From the NCBI GenBank assembly GCA_902384795.1, contig CABMDC010000004.1, positions 1,002-65,001 on the forward strand: 64,000 bases of DNA, given 5' to 3'. The notes beneath the pieces were generated by a model. That model made no database searches, was not told the origin of the DNA, and was given only the letters and a program-made list of their open reading frames with translations. Each line of letters starts with the position of its first letter. Position 1 is the stretch's first letter. This document shows, in pieces, positions 29,281-37,438 of the stretch. This DNA comes from Candidatus Gugararchaeum adminiculabundum (lineage in GTDB: Archaea; Micrarchaeota; Micrarchaeia; Burarchaeales; Gugararchaeaceae). The position numbers and the translations under genes were made by a program.

Positions 29281-29607
29281 CTAATTGATGATTCCCTTCC
29301 TTCTCAGGACTTCTGCCTGGATTTTCGTGTAACGCCAGATGACATCCCCTTTTGTGTCCTTTTCGATTTCCCAGGGGACTATGATCACCACATCGCCTTC
29401 CTTTACCCAAATTTTCTTCTTGATTTTCCCGGGCACGCGGCACATCCTGTCCTTGCCATCCTTGCATGCGACCATCATGCGCGAGCCGCCCATTAATCCG
29501 GTCACCAATCCGAGAATCTCCCCGTCTTTCGGAAGCCTTACCCTGAACCCGATATCCTCGGTTCCAGGCGGATTGTCCGGCCTAAGTGTCTGTTCAACCA
29601 TAAACAT
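29281..29607 (-). CDS. eif1a: translation initiation factor aIF-1A
   Basis: RMCRVPGKIKKKIWVKEGDVVIIVPWE and KGDVIWRYT, 108 aa. Confidence 0.9.
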   Translation of the reverse strand: MFMVEQTLRPDNPPGTEDIGFRVRLPKDGEILGLVTGLMGGSRMMVACKDGKDRMCRVPGKIKKKIWVKEGDVVIIVPWEIEKDTKGDVIWRYTKIQAEVLRRKGIIN

Positions 29608-29617
29608 TACCCCCTAA

Positions 29618-30028
29618 CTATACTCCCCTGGCAGGCGCACGCGCGCCGCAGGCCTCGCAAACCAGCGTATGTATCCTGTTTCCTTCCTCGATCAGGTTTG
29701 TGTCAGGCTTGCCGCACTCCTTGCACAGCACATAGGTTTTTGCGTAGTTTTCGAGCTTTTCATTAAGCATTTTATCCCCGAACTTCCCCTGAAGCATGAG
29801 CCTCTGCCCCTGTACCGAGCCCGGAGCCGCCAGCTCCTTGTACAGGTATTTGGCGACCTGGTTCGGGTCCCTGCGCAGCTTCTGGCACACAAAATCGAAA
29901 TTCTTCACTATGGTCTTGGTTCCCTGGATAAACGAGTCCACTGCCGGCATCTCGAACCTTTCCTGGGTCAGCACCTTTTTCGGCAGGTTCGCATATGCCT
30001 TATCCAGTAATTTTTCGTAATCATCCAA
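29618..30028 (-). CDS. eif2b: translation initiation factor aIF-2 beta subunit
   Basis: YEKLLDKAY, FEMP, and a C-terminal zinc ribbon CKECGKPDT...CEACGA, 136 aa. Confidence 0.9.
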   Translation of the reverse strand: MDDYEKLLDKAYANLPKKVLTQERFEMPAVDSFIQGTKTIVKNFDFVCQKLRRDPNQVAKYLYKELAAPGSVQGQRLMLQGKFGDKMLNEKLENYAKTYVLCKECGKPDTNLIEEGNRIHTLVCEACGARAPARGV

Positions 30029-30169
30029 ATAATCACTCTCTAAAGTTACTAAGTTTGATGCGACAAATCTTATAAGGCGTTCTAAAGACGCGTTTGCGCT
30101 GGAACGGCGAATGCATCCTGGCTCAAAGCGTTAAGTTTATATATGCGAAGTTGTAGAATATAATAGTTT

Positions 30170-31450
30170 GTGGATTATTGCAGTGTGGTGTTCGCTACGT
30201 CAAAATGGCTTCTGTCTTGCAGGAATTGCGGGGAAAAATACCCGGAAAAGTCAATTGAAAATTTCCACGGCAAATGCGGGCGCGCTGGATTCGTGGACGT
30301 AGTTTTGGAAGAAATGGAAAGAAAAGTGCATCGGAATCTGCCTTCCATCTTCAAATTCAAGGATTACATGCCTATTCTTGACGAGCATGTCCCGCTCCTT
30401 CAGGGCGCTGAAACAATCCCGGACGTGCCGATTTTCTACTCCCAACAACTGTCGGACGAGCTAGGCATCCACGTTTATTTCGCAGATATGATCCAAAATC
30501 CCACTGGCTCATGGAAAGATTTTGACGGATTCATAACCATGTATCGGGTGTACCAAAACAATGTGCCTGAAATCGCCGCATCTTCTTCCGGAAACGCCGG
30601 GACTGCTATGGCGCGTGCCGCAACCTTGTTCGGAGCCACCATAAGAAAAACGGATCCCAGCTTCAAGGGACCAGTGCTCCACCTGTTTCTGCCCGAATCC
30701 GGCAGAACCGCGGTGGGGTATCAAAAAGGGTTTTTTCATCCTGACCACACTCGGGTAACTTTCGTCCATGGGGATAACGATGAAGCCCTGCAAGCCGCCC
30801 AGAAGTTTTCCGGAGAGTCCGGTGTTCCGCTGATCGGAGGTTTTTTCAATTATGTAAAGCGGGAGGGCACAGCCAAGTTCCTCGGTTTGTGCTACCGTTT
30901 CAATTTCATGCCCAAAAATGACCCAGTGCAGTGGTACGCGCAAGCGGTATCCAGCGGAAACGGGATATACGCGTTCCAAAAAGCCAGTCTAGACGGTGAA
31001 TTTGAGTGCCCGAAGATTCTTGGCGTGCAGGCGGATGCGTGCTCGCCCATGGCCAATGCTTGGAAAGAAAAACATCTGGGCCCGTTGGAAGACAGGCACT
31101 CTCCGAAAGAAATACCCCCCACCCCGTTTCTCAGAATATTGAAGACAAAAAAACCGGCCTCTTATCCATACCTCGCAGAAATAGTTCGTGAAACAAACGG
31201 AGCTTTTGAGAGTGTTACCAGCATTGATTTCGGTTGTGAAATACACAGCGCTCTCAAAAAATTGCACAGCGAACCTTATTACACCGAACTCAGGGAAGCC
31301 GGCGGGCCCATGCCCGGGCTTGAGTCTGCAACCGCCCTTGCCGGAGTAATAAAATCCGTGCATAACGGAACAATAAGGCCGCAGGAGCGCGTTTTAGTAG
31401 TTTCAAGCGGCGCAGCAAAAGCAGGGGACCTAAGGGCGGAATGGTTCTAG
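30170..31450 (+). CDS. PLP-dependent enzyme, threonine-synthase-like paralogue
   Basis: N-terminal CRNCGEKYPE...HGKC, NPTGSWKD (PLP Lys) and SSGNAGTAMA. GTG start about 25 nt after TTTATATA (leaderless). Confidence 0.7.
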   Translation: MDYCSVVFATSKWLLSCRNCGEKYPEKSIENFHGKCGRAGFVDVVLEEMERKVHRNLPSIFKFKDYMPILDEHVPLLQGAETIPDVPIFYSQQLSDELGIHVYFADMIQNPTGSWKDFDGFITMYRVYQNNVPEIAASSSGNAGTAMARAATLFGATIRKTDPSFKGPVLHLFLPESGRTAVGYQKGFFHPDHTRVTFVHGDNDEALQAAQKFSGESGVPLIGGFFNYVKREGTAKFLGLCYRFNFMPKNDPVQWYAQAVSSGNGIYAFQKASLDGEFECPKILGVQADACSPMANAWKEKHLGPLEDRHSPKEIPPTPFLRILKTKKPASYPYLAEIVRETNGAFESVTSIDFGCEIHSALKKLHSEPYYTELREAGGPMPGLESATALAGVIKSVHNGTIRPQERVLVVSSGAAKAGDLRAEWF

Positions 31451-31527
31451 AGCCCAACTAATTTCGCAATAAGCAGCGAAAGCATCCCGAAAAAGCACAA
31501 TGGCGGAAGCGCAGGCAGGAATAATCT
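31447..31527 (-). pseudogene. relic copy of the presenilin-like gene 3' end (27 codons including stop)
   Basis: Encodes HRLFLPALPPLCFFGMLSLLIAKLVGL-stop, versus NRLFLPALPPLCFFGMLSLLIAKLAGF-stop at 33041-33121. Nine codons differ, all synonymously, across the 23 shared residues. There is no start codon, and an in-frame TAG lies upstream (31600-31602). Confidence 0.75.
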
Positions 31528-31622
31528 GTGTCCAACAAACGGGAGCTGCGGATAGGATACAAATAAATAGGTCCAGAGGCAAATACATATATCCTCGAAC
31601 TAAGCGAATAGAAAACGGACGA

Positions 31623-33038
31623 ATGGAAAGGAATGTGATGATTATGGCTGAAACCCAGAAGAAGGCTGAAAAAACTAATTTTGAAGAGATGATCGCAAAA
31701 AAGGCGTTCGTAGAATTCCAGCCCATGAGCGGAGGCCCGAAGATGATCGGCTATGTTGTCGGAAGGGATGCTGACAAAAAGCTTATTGTGAAAATCAAGG
31801 AACATAACAAGCTGCTGAGACTGTTCAAGAAAACCAAGCACGAATACCGGGTCGAGGATAAACTGGTACGGCCATTGGGGGCGCCGGTTGAAGAAAAACC
31901 AAAGCAGGAAACGCCCAAAGCGCCAGAAGAAAAGCCAAAGCAGCCCGTAGCCGGAAAGCAATGGACAAATCCTGAAAAACTGATTTTGGGCGCCTATGCG
32001 CTCGCGGTAAAGAATCTGAGCGATGGTGAAAAATCCGCTTTCTGCAGGTTCGTTGCAAAAACACAGGAGACCGGCGATAATCGCGGAGCGCTTGAAAAGC
32101 TGTATGTCGGATGGCAGGCAGCGGTGTCCGCAAAAGTTCAGGGCGGAGGCAAAAAATTCCCGGATTTCTCAAACGCCTGGATCGCTTTCACCAAGACCAG
32201 CGAATACGCCACAATGAAGAAGAAAATCAGCGCAAAGTGGTTTGGGCAGGGAATGGTCTATGCGAAAAAAGGCGATTACGACCATGCAATCAGGGAATTC
32301 GACAAAGTTCTTTCACTATACCCTAACCACGCCATTACGATTTACAGCAAGGCCGTTGCATTGTACAAAAAAGGCGACTACAAGAAAGCCAATGAGCTGC
32401 TTGCAAAAGCCAAAAAGCTGGACCCGGCAAAGTTCGGGGACAAAGCGTTCACAAATTCAGGGCTCCAAAAGGCGCCTCCTATGGATTCAACGGAGATGGA
32501 GCGGCCAGAGACCAAGGGAGAGCGGTTTTACAACTACGGCCGCTATCTTGAAAGCCAGGGCCGCTATAAGGATGCCGTTAAAAACTACCAGAAGGCTGCA
32601 AAATCCGGGGAACCGGAAATTGCCAAAAAAGCCACCAAGGCCGCAAGCGACCTTGAAAAGAAATTGAATGCGCCAGTTACGCCCAGGCAGCTTCTTGAAC
32701 AGGGCCATAAGTATGAAAACGAAGGCGCCTATGGGGTCGCAATGGACAAATACAGACTGGCTGCAAAATCCGGGGATCCGGAAATTGCCAAAAAAGCCAC
32801 CAAGGCCGCAAGCGACCTTGACAAGCTAATGCATGCGAATGTTAAGCCCAGGGGAGCGCCTATGCGGATGGATGCAACTGCCTGGTACTCCCGGGCAAGA
32901 CTGGAGTATAAAGCCGGGCATTATCAAAAGGCAAAAGAAGCCTATGACCAAGTCATAAAACTGGACAAAAACAACGAGTTTTCCAACGCGCGCAGTGAAC
33001 GGGCCGCCATTATCCGTGAAATGAGCAAACAAAAATAA
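31623..33038 (+). CDS. TPR/Sel1-like repeat protein
   Basis: TPR-like segments are present (GMVYAKKGDYDHAIREFDKVLSLYPNH, KAVALYKKGDYKKANELLAKAKKLDP). There is an internal near-identical 55-codon duplication. The start was set to ATG 31623 (TATA-like CATATAT about 30 nt upstream). The track ORF begins at 31500, inside the duplicated segment. Confidence 0.7.
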   Translation: MERNVMIMAETQKKAEKTNFEEMIAKKAFVEFQPMSGGPKMIGYVVGRDADKKLIVKIKEHNKLLRLFKKTKHEYRVEDKLVRPLGAPVEEKPKQETPKAPEEKPKQPVAGKQWTNPEKLILGAYALAVKNLSDGEKSAFCRFVAKTQETGDNRGALEKLYVGWQAAVSAKVQGGGKKFPDFSNAWIAFTKTSEYATMKKKISAKWFGQGMVYAKKGDYDHAIREFDKVLSLYPNHAITIYSKAVALYKKGDYKKANELLAKAKKLDPAKFGDKAFTNSGLQKAPPMDSTEMERPETKGERFYNYGRYLESQGRYKDAVKNYQKAAKSGEPEIAKKATKAASDLEKKLNAPVTPRQLLEQGHKYENEGAYGVAMDKYRLAAKSGDPEIAKKATKAASDLDKLMHANVKPRGAPMRMDATAWYSRARLEYKAGHYQKAKEAYDQVIKLDKNNEFSNARSERAAIIREMSKQK

Positions 33039-33040
33039 AA

Positions 33041-34027
33041 CTAAAAGCCTGCGAGTTTTGCAATAAGCAGCGAAAGCATTCCAAAGAAGCACAATGGCGG
33101 AAGCGCTGGCAAAAATAAGCGATTTTTCAGTACCACATAGAGCACGACCCCCAGCCCGAAAGTTGTGCCAATAATCACTGCAATGGAATCCACCCACCCG
33201 CCCCATTTTAGCACCGCAACCGCAAGCATCAATGGGATTGCCATATCACCTGTTCCGAGTTCAAGCGCAGTTCTCCTGTGTTCCGGAGGAAGCGACTGCA
33301 AATGCTCATGGACTTGCTGTTGCTGGTCCTCGGTCAGGTTCTTCAGTTTCTTGGGCTCGATTTCTTCTTCAGCGCTCACCGAGAAAGACAGGTTCCTTTT
33401 TCCCAATTCCTTGGCCATGGTGATCATGTGCCTTGTGTAATAGACCGCAAGCACGTCATAGACCGAAAGGGCCGAGATGAAAACAATCGCCGGCACGACA
33501 TCCAGCGAGAATCCGAAAATAGCGCCAACCCCGGCGCTCGCAATTATCGCAACAAGATTCTTCGCCTTCTTGAAAAAGAATTTCGTGATTGCGAGCAACG
33601 CGGCGACTGCGAACGCGAGTTCGCTCGAGTTCGGCACATTGAAGCTGCGCAAAAGCGCGAACCCGATCACATACCCCGAGATCATCACAATCATGACTTC
33701 CATCAGTTTGAATGCCATGACCCCTTTGTAGAATTTTATTACTATGAGCATGATTGCCGCGCCTACCAGCACGTAGGCGATGAAAAATATGACATTTGCC
33801 AAATCCCCGGCATTTCCGGTTGGCGCAACGCTCAGTTCCTTGAACTCCTGGATCTCCGGTGCCTTGTTCGTGAGCTGGGCGCCTGCGTACAGGCCGAGGG
33901 CCTGGGTCAGCAGGAACATGATTAGAATTGTTGCCATTATGCGCTCGTGCGGAATTTCGACATGGTGCTCCTGGTGAAGATGGTCGTGCACATCGCGCCT
34001 TTGCTCGTATTCGTCAGCCATTGGCAA
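33041..34027 (-). CDS. presenilin/signal-peptide-peptidase-like intramembrane aspartyl protease (A22 family)
   Basis: Multi-TM protein with YD (LSVYDVLAVYY), GxGD (LGTGDMAIP) and PAL (LPALPPL) in the canonical order. Confidence 0.7.
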   Translation of the reverse strand: MPMADEYEQRRDVHDHLHQEHHVEIPHERIMATILIMFLLTQALGLYAGAQLTNKAPEIQEFKELSVAPTGNAGDLANVIFFIAYVLVGAAIMLIVIKFYKGVMAFKLMEVMIVMISGYVIGFALLRSFNVPNSSELAFAVAALLAITKFFFKKAKNLVAIIASAGVGAIFGFSLDVVPAIVFISALSVYDVLAVYYTRHMITMAKELGKRNLSFSVSAEEEIEPKKLKNLTEDQQQQVHEHLQSLPPEHRRTALELGTGDMAIPLMLAVAVLKWGGWVDSIAVIIGTTFGLGVVLYVVLKNRLFLPALPPLCFFGMLSLLIAKLAGF

Positions 34028-34050
34028 TATATGACTGGCTGGGGTTTAAA

Positions 34051-34890
34051 TCAGTTTTCGTCCTGCTGACCTAATCTCGCTTTCATCTCTTTGATGAATT
34101 TATCCTCGTTGTTACCCGTATTTGGCAAGTTTTCGCTTAGATTGAAATTTCCAGACCCTATCAAGTAAAAAGTTTTGTCTACAGTATACGCATCTTTTTC
34201 AACTGCTTCACTCATTTCTATTATTGATTTGTAAACTTCATAATCTTCCTCTGAATCAGATAATCCTAATTGATAAAATATTTTCTTTAGATGTCTGTCT
34301 GGTTTTGGATAATTTTTGTAACCAGAATCCTTAAGAAAATCACAAGCCAAGGCAAAGCCAAAACCATTGATTTCCTTACTCAGCAGCATAGGTAAAGCTG
34401 CTTTAGTATATTTATTGAATGAAAAATTATTTACAAAACTGTCAAATTCATTAATGTCCACAAAACTTGATATGAATCTGCTCCCCGAAATGATACCCTT
34501 AGAAAACTGCTTCCATGTATTTAACGGACTATCCGCGTTGTTTATTTCAAAAGTGCTCCCGAATCTCTCGAATAATTGTTCTGAACTTGGATAGTGTTCA
34601 AGAATCTTTTTCGGCTCAAAACCATAAAGTATCTCAGTCAACTCTTTTTCTCTCTCGTCAAATTTTATAATGTTGCGCGCTCCGCCTTTATTTAACAACG
34701 ATTCCATCAACCGTTTATTAAGCTCAAATAAGTGATTAAACTTTTGACGGACCGTAAGGTGTTCTTCTAGGATCTTCTCATTTAATTCCGGGTGTTCTGC
34801 CACAATCTTTCTCAGAAACTGTTCGGCATATCCGTAAACCAATCGGTATCTCTCGTTTCTATTCATTGTTTTACCCTCCAAATCTTGCAC
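34051..34890 (-). CDS. hypothetical protein in AT-rich island (weak helix-hairpin-helix-like motif)
   Basis: 279 aa, visibly AT-richer than both flanks. INGFGFALACDFLKDSGYKNYPKPDRHLKKIF loosely resembles HhH-GPD glycosylase motifs. Not verified. Confidence 0.55.
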   Translation of the reverse strand: MQDLEGKTMNRNERYRLVYGYAEQFLRKIVAEHPELNEKILEEHLTVRQKFNHLFELNKRLMESLLNKGGARNIIKFDEREKELTEILYGFEPKKILEHYPSSEQLFERFGSTFEINNADSPLNTWKQFSKGIISGSRFISSFVDINEFDSFVNNFSFNKYTKAALPMLLSKEINGFGFALACDFLKDSGYKNYPKPDRHLKKIFYQLGLSDSEEDYEVYKSIIEMSEAVEKDAYTVDKTFYLIGSGNFNLSENLPNTGNNEDKFIKEMKARLGQQDEN

Positions 34891-34918
34891 TTTTTCAATC
34901 TGTTTAATCCTGATTTAG

Positions 34919-35080
34919 TTACCTTTTGATCTGAACGTTATCCGTTCGGTTAGAACCATGGCAGTTCCAACAACCTCCATTCAAATTGCGCCAACATGCT
35001 TCACACGCCACTAATGCACACTTCCTGCATACTCTAAAATATTCTGCGCTACTGTTACATCTCTGGCATATTTCGCTCAT
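34919..35080 (-). CDS. 53-aa Cys-rich zinc-ribbon/RING-like small protein
   Basis: Hand-found, below the track's length cut-off. Sequence: MSEICQRCNSSAEYFRVCRKCALVACEACWRNLNGGCWNCHGSNRTDNVQIKR, with four CxxC pairs plus a His. GGTGAT SD lies 5 nt upstream of the ATG. The ORF lies 18 nt downstream of the MCM stop. Confidence 0.55.
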   Translation of the reverse strand: MSEICQRCNSSAEYFRVCRKCALVACEACWRNLNGGCWNCHGSNRTDNVQIKR

Positions 35081-35098
35081 TCAAATCACCTCGATTAT

Positions 35099-37189
35099 TT
35101 ACTCTCCGTATCCGCGCACCAGTTTCACAAAATTAGGCTTGGGCTTGTACAGCTCCCCCTTGTGGATCAGGTCATCCACAATCCTGTTCGCCTTTACCGA
35201 GTCAATTCCGTAATCCCCGCACTTTTCAATCACCTGGGCGATGGAAACCTCGTCAAACTCCTTTGCAAGCTCGCGGATAATTCCGAGAATCGTGTTGATT
35301 TTGTCCACCTGCGATTTCGGCGTGCCCGTGGCAACAATATCCCCGTCAATCCTGTTTGTTTCCTTGTCCACCATGATGGTGTGCAGCATGAAATTGAGCA
35401 GGCCGATTGAGCGCTCGGCATCAACCGATTCCACTCTTTCAGACAATCTCATCTTCGCGCTCGCTTCCGCCAGCCTGATCAACCCTTCAATCGCCCTCGG
35501 AGTAATCGGAACCGCTCCCTGCTGCGCGCCGATTTTTCTCAAGTCAACATAATAATCGCGAATCCTGGTTTTCGCCTCCTGGGTGAGCACAGGCCTGATG
35601 TGCTTGCGCGCATAGGCAATATACTGTCTCAGGAATGCCGGGTTCATTTCACCCACGTCCCCCTGCCAGTCGCTTTTTGAAAGCGTCCTTCCCTCTGCCG
35701 CGCGCTTGGATGCGCTTTCGTGTGATGCGAGTATGTGCTCGGCCATCATGGTGTCCCTTTCGGCATCCAGCACGTCGCGGATTACGAAAATCAAATCAAA
35801 CCTTGAAAGCAATGTTGGCGGAATATTGAACTGCTCGGATGGCAATTTGTACGGGTCGAATCTTCCGTATTCAGGGTTTGCTGCCGCAAGAATGCTCGTC
35901 CTTGCCCTGAAGGTTGCCACAATTCCTGCCTTGGCAACCGAAACGGTTTGCGATTCCATAACTTCGTGCATTGAGGCAGTGTCCTCTTCGCCGATTTTGT
36001 CAAACTCGTCAACGCATGCCAGGCCTCCGCTTGCAAGCACCAGCGCGCCTGCCTTCAATGTCCAGCCCCCGTCGCTCAACGGATCCTTTTCGGCTGATGC
36101 GGTCAAACCTGCTGCGCTCACTGATTTTCCTGAAACATAAACACTTTTTGGTGAAATGTCCCGGGTATACTGCAAAATCCTGGTTTTAGCGGCACCCGGA
36201 TCGCCGACCAATAGAACGTGAATATCATGCCTGATTCTTGACCCGTCTGGCAAAACCTTGTCATGGGTTCCTCCGAAAAGCTGGAGCGCGATTGCCTGCT
36301 TCACTTCCTCATGCCCATAGATTCCAGGGGCAACTGATTTGGAAATAATGTCAAACAGGCGCGGGCTTTTGGACAATTCAATGATTTTCCTTTCCTCTTC
36401 TGCCGAAAGCTCCAAATCCTCAAAATCATTCTGCTCTTTCTGTAAATAGTTCACTTCCAGGTATTTCGAATAGACATTGGGATTCTTTCCTTTTTCAGGG
36501 GGTTTCAGCCTCAGGATGCCGGAGAGAATCACCCTGTCCCCAGGTACATAGGTGTTCACCAGATCATCTTCGATCCATAATTCAAGATGGCCGGTTGGCG
36601 CTCCGCTCTTCGCCCTTTCCAAAAGCTCCTGCACCTCGGCCCGCTGAAGGTCAACAAAATAGGATTCCTCCTCGACCATTTTGAGCGAGCGGCGCTTGCA
36701 GTCATCGCAGATGACCGGCGCGATCGCGTTCTTGGTCATTGCAATTTTGTGCTTTGCATCGCACAATTGGCAGACATAAACGGCAATCCTTACTTTTGGC
36801 TTTACCTCGGCGCGCTTGGTCACGATCCCCTCAACGCGGATTAGTTTCTCGATGTGGTGCGAGCCGACGCTTTCAATCAGCAGGCCGGAATAGGGGAGGT
36901 TCATGAAGCGCACATGCGGCTCGAATTCCTCCTTCTCCTTCCGGTCCAGCAGGTTGACCGTAATGTTCAGTTTCTTTATCGCTTCCTTTGCGGCATCGAT
37001 GATTTTGTCAGGGCTTTTCAGGAGCTCGTCCGCAAGCTCCATGTTGAATTTTTCCAAATCCAGGTAGTCGACGATAAGGCCCTTTTTCCTCGGGTAATTG
37101 AGCGCCAGCTCGTCAAGCCCTTTTTTGCAATATTTCTCCAGGAATTCCTCGAAGACCGATTCTACCTGTGAAACTTCTTCCATTGCCAT
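35099..37189 (-). CDS. mcm: MCM replicative helicase
   Basis: Zinc motif CQLCDAKHK...CDDCKRR, Walker A GDPGAAKT, Walker B CVDEFDK, arginine finger SRFDLIF, 696 aa, no intein. Confidence 0.97.
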   Translation of the reverse strand: MAMEEVSQVESVFEEFLEKYCKKGLDELALNYPRKKGLIVDYLDLEKFNMELADELLKSPDKIIDAAKEAIKKLNITVNLLDRKEKEEFEPHVRFMNLPYSGLLIESVGSHHIEKLIRVEGIVTKRAEVKPKVRIAVYVCQLCDAKHKIAMTKNAIAPVICDDCKRRSLKMVEEESYFVDLQRAEVQELLERAKSGAPTGHLELWIEDDLVNTYVPGDRVILSGILRLKPPEKGKNPNVYSKYLEVNYLQKEQNDFEDLELSAEEERKIIELSKSPRLFDIISKSVAPGIYGHEEVKQAIALQLFGGTHDKVLPDGSRIRHDIHVLLVGDPGAAKTRILQYTRDISPKSVYVSGKSVSAAGLTASAEKDPLSDGGWTLKAGALVLASGGLACVDEFDKIGEEDTASMHEVMESQTVSVAKAGIVATFRARTSILAAANPEYGRFDPYKLPSEQFNIPPTLLSRFDLIFVIRDVLDAERDTMMAEHILASHESASKRAAEGRTLSKSDWQGDVGEMNPAFLRQYIAYARKHIRPVLTQEAKTRIRDYYVDLRKIGAQQGAVPITPRAIEGLIRLAEASAKMRLSERVESVDAERSIGLLNFMLHTIMVDKETNRIDGDIVATGTPKSQVDKINTILGIIRELAKEFDEVSIAQVIEKCGDYGIDSVKANRIVDDLIHKGELYKPKPNFVKLVRGYGE

Positions 37190-37349
37190 AGCTAATCCCC
37201 TGTAGAGCGCACTTTGTCCGAACAGAGCCGCTCTACGCGTTCAACATCCACACCAGAACCATAACTGCTGCGGGCGAGGAACTCGCGATGACTCGCTCGT
37301 TCTCGTCCTCCGCACGCTTTTGGTTCTTTCATCGCCATAGCTAACTCCC
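37190..37349. repeat. hairpin-rich ~149-nt segment flanked by an imperfect duplication of the MCM start region (hairpin repeat copy 2)
   Basis: 37173-37200 and 37322-37349 match at 21 of 28 positions (both contain CCATAGCTAA, which is TTAGCTATGG on the gene strand). Between them lie hairpins GTAGAGCG...CGCTCTAC (37202-37238) and 37267-37313. The latter is homologous to 3884-3928. Confidence 0.65.
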
Positions 37350-37438
37350 ACACATTGTTATATTGGCCCAAAGAAGCTGTTCGCACTTACAACCAGATTG
37401 GGAGTGATAATAGCTGTTTAATGATTAAATACTTTTTC

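Noticed and set aside
31500-31622. Upstream 41 codons of the TPR ORF (MAEAQAGIICVQQ...)
   Set aside because: The ATG lies inside the duplicated presenilin-end segment (the same ATGGCGGAAGCG occurs at 33094-33105 with no gene). A TATA-like box before ATG 31623 fits better. The longer form cannot be excluded.
37192-37386. Track ORF upstream of MCM as a real protein gene
   Set aside because: Its sequence is the translation of two GC-rich hairpins between duplicated copies of the MCM start. It is treated as a by-product of the repeat insertion (possible uORF), not a gene.
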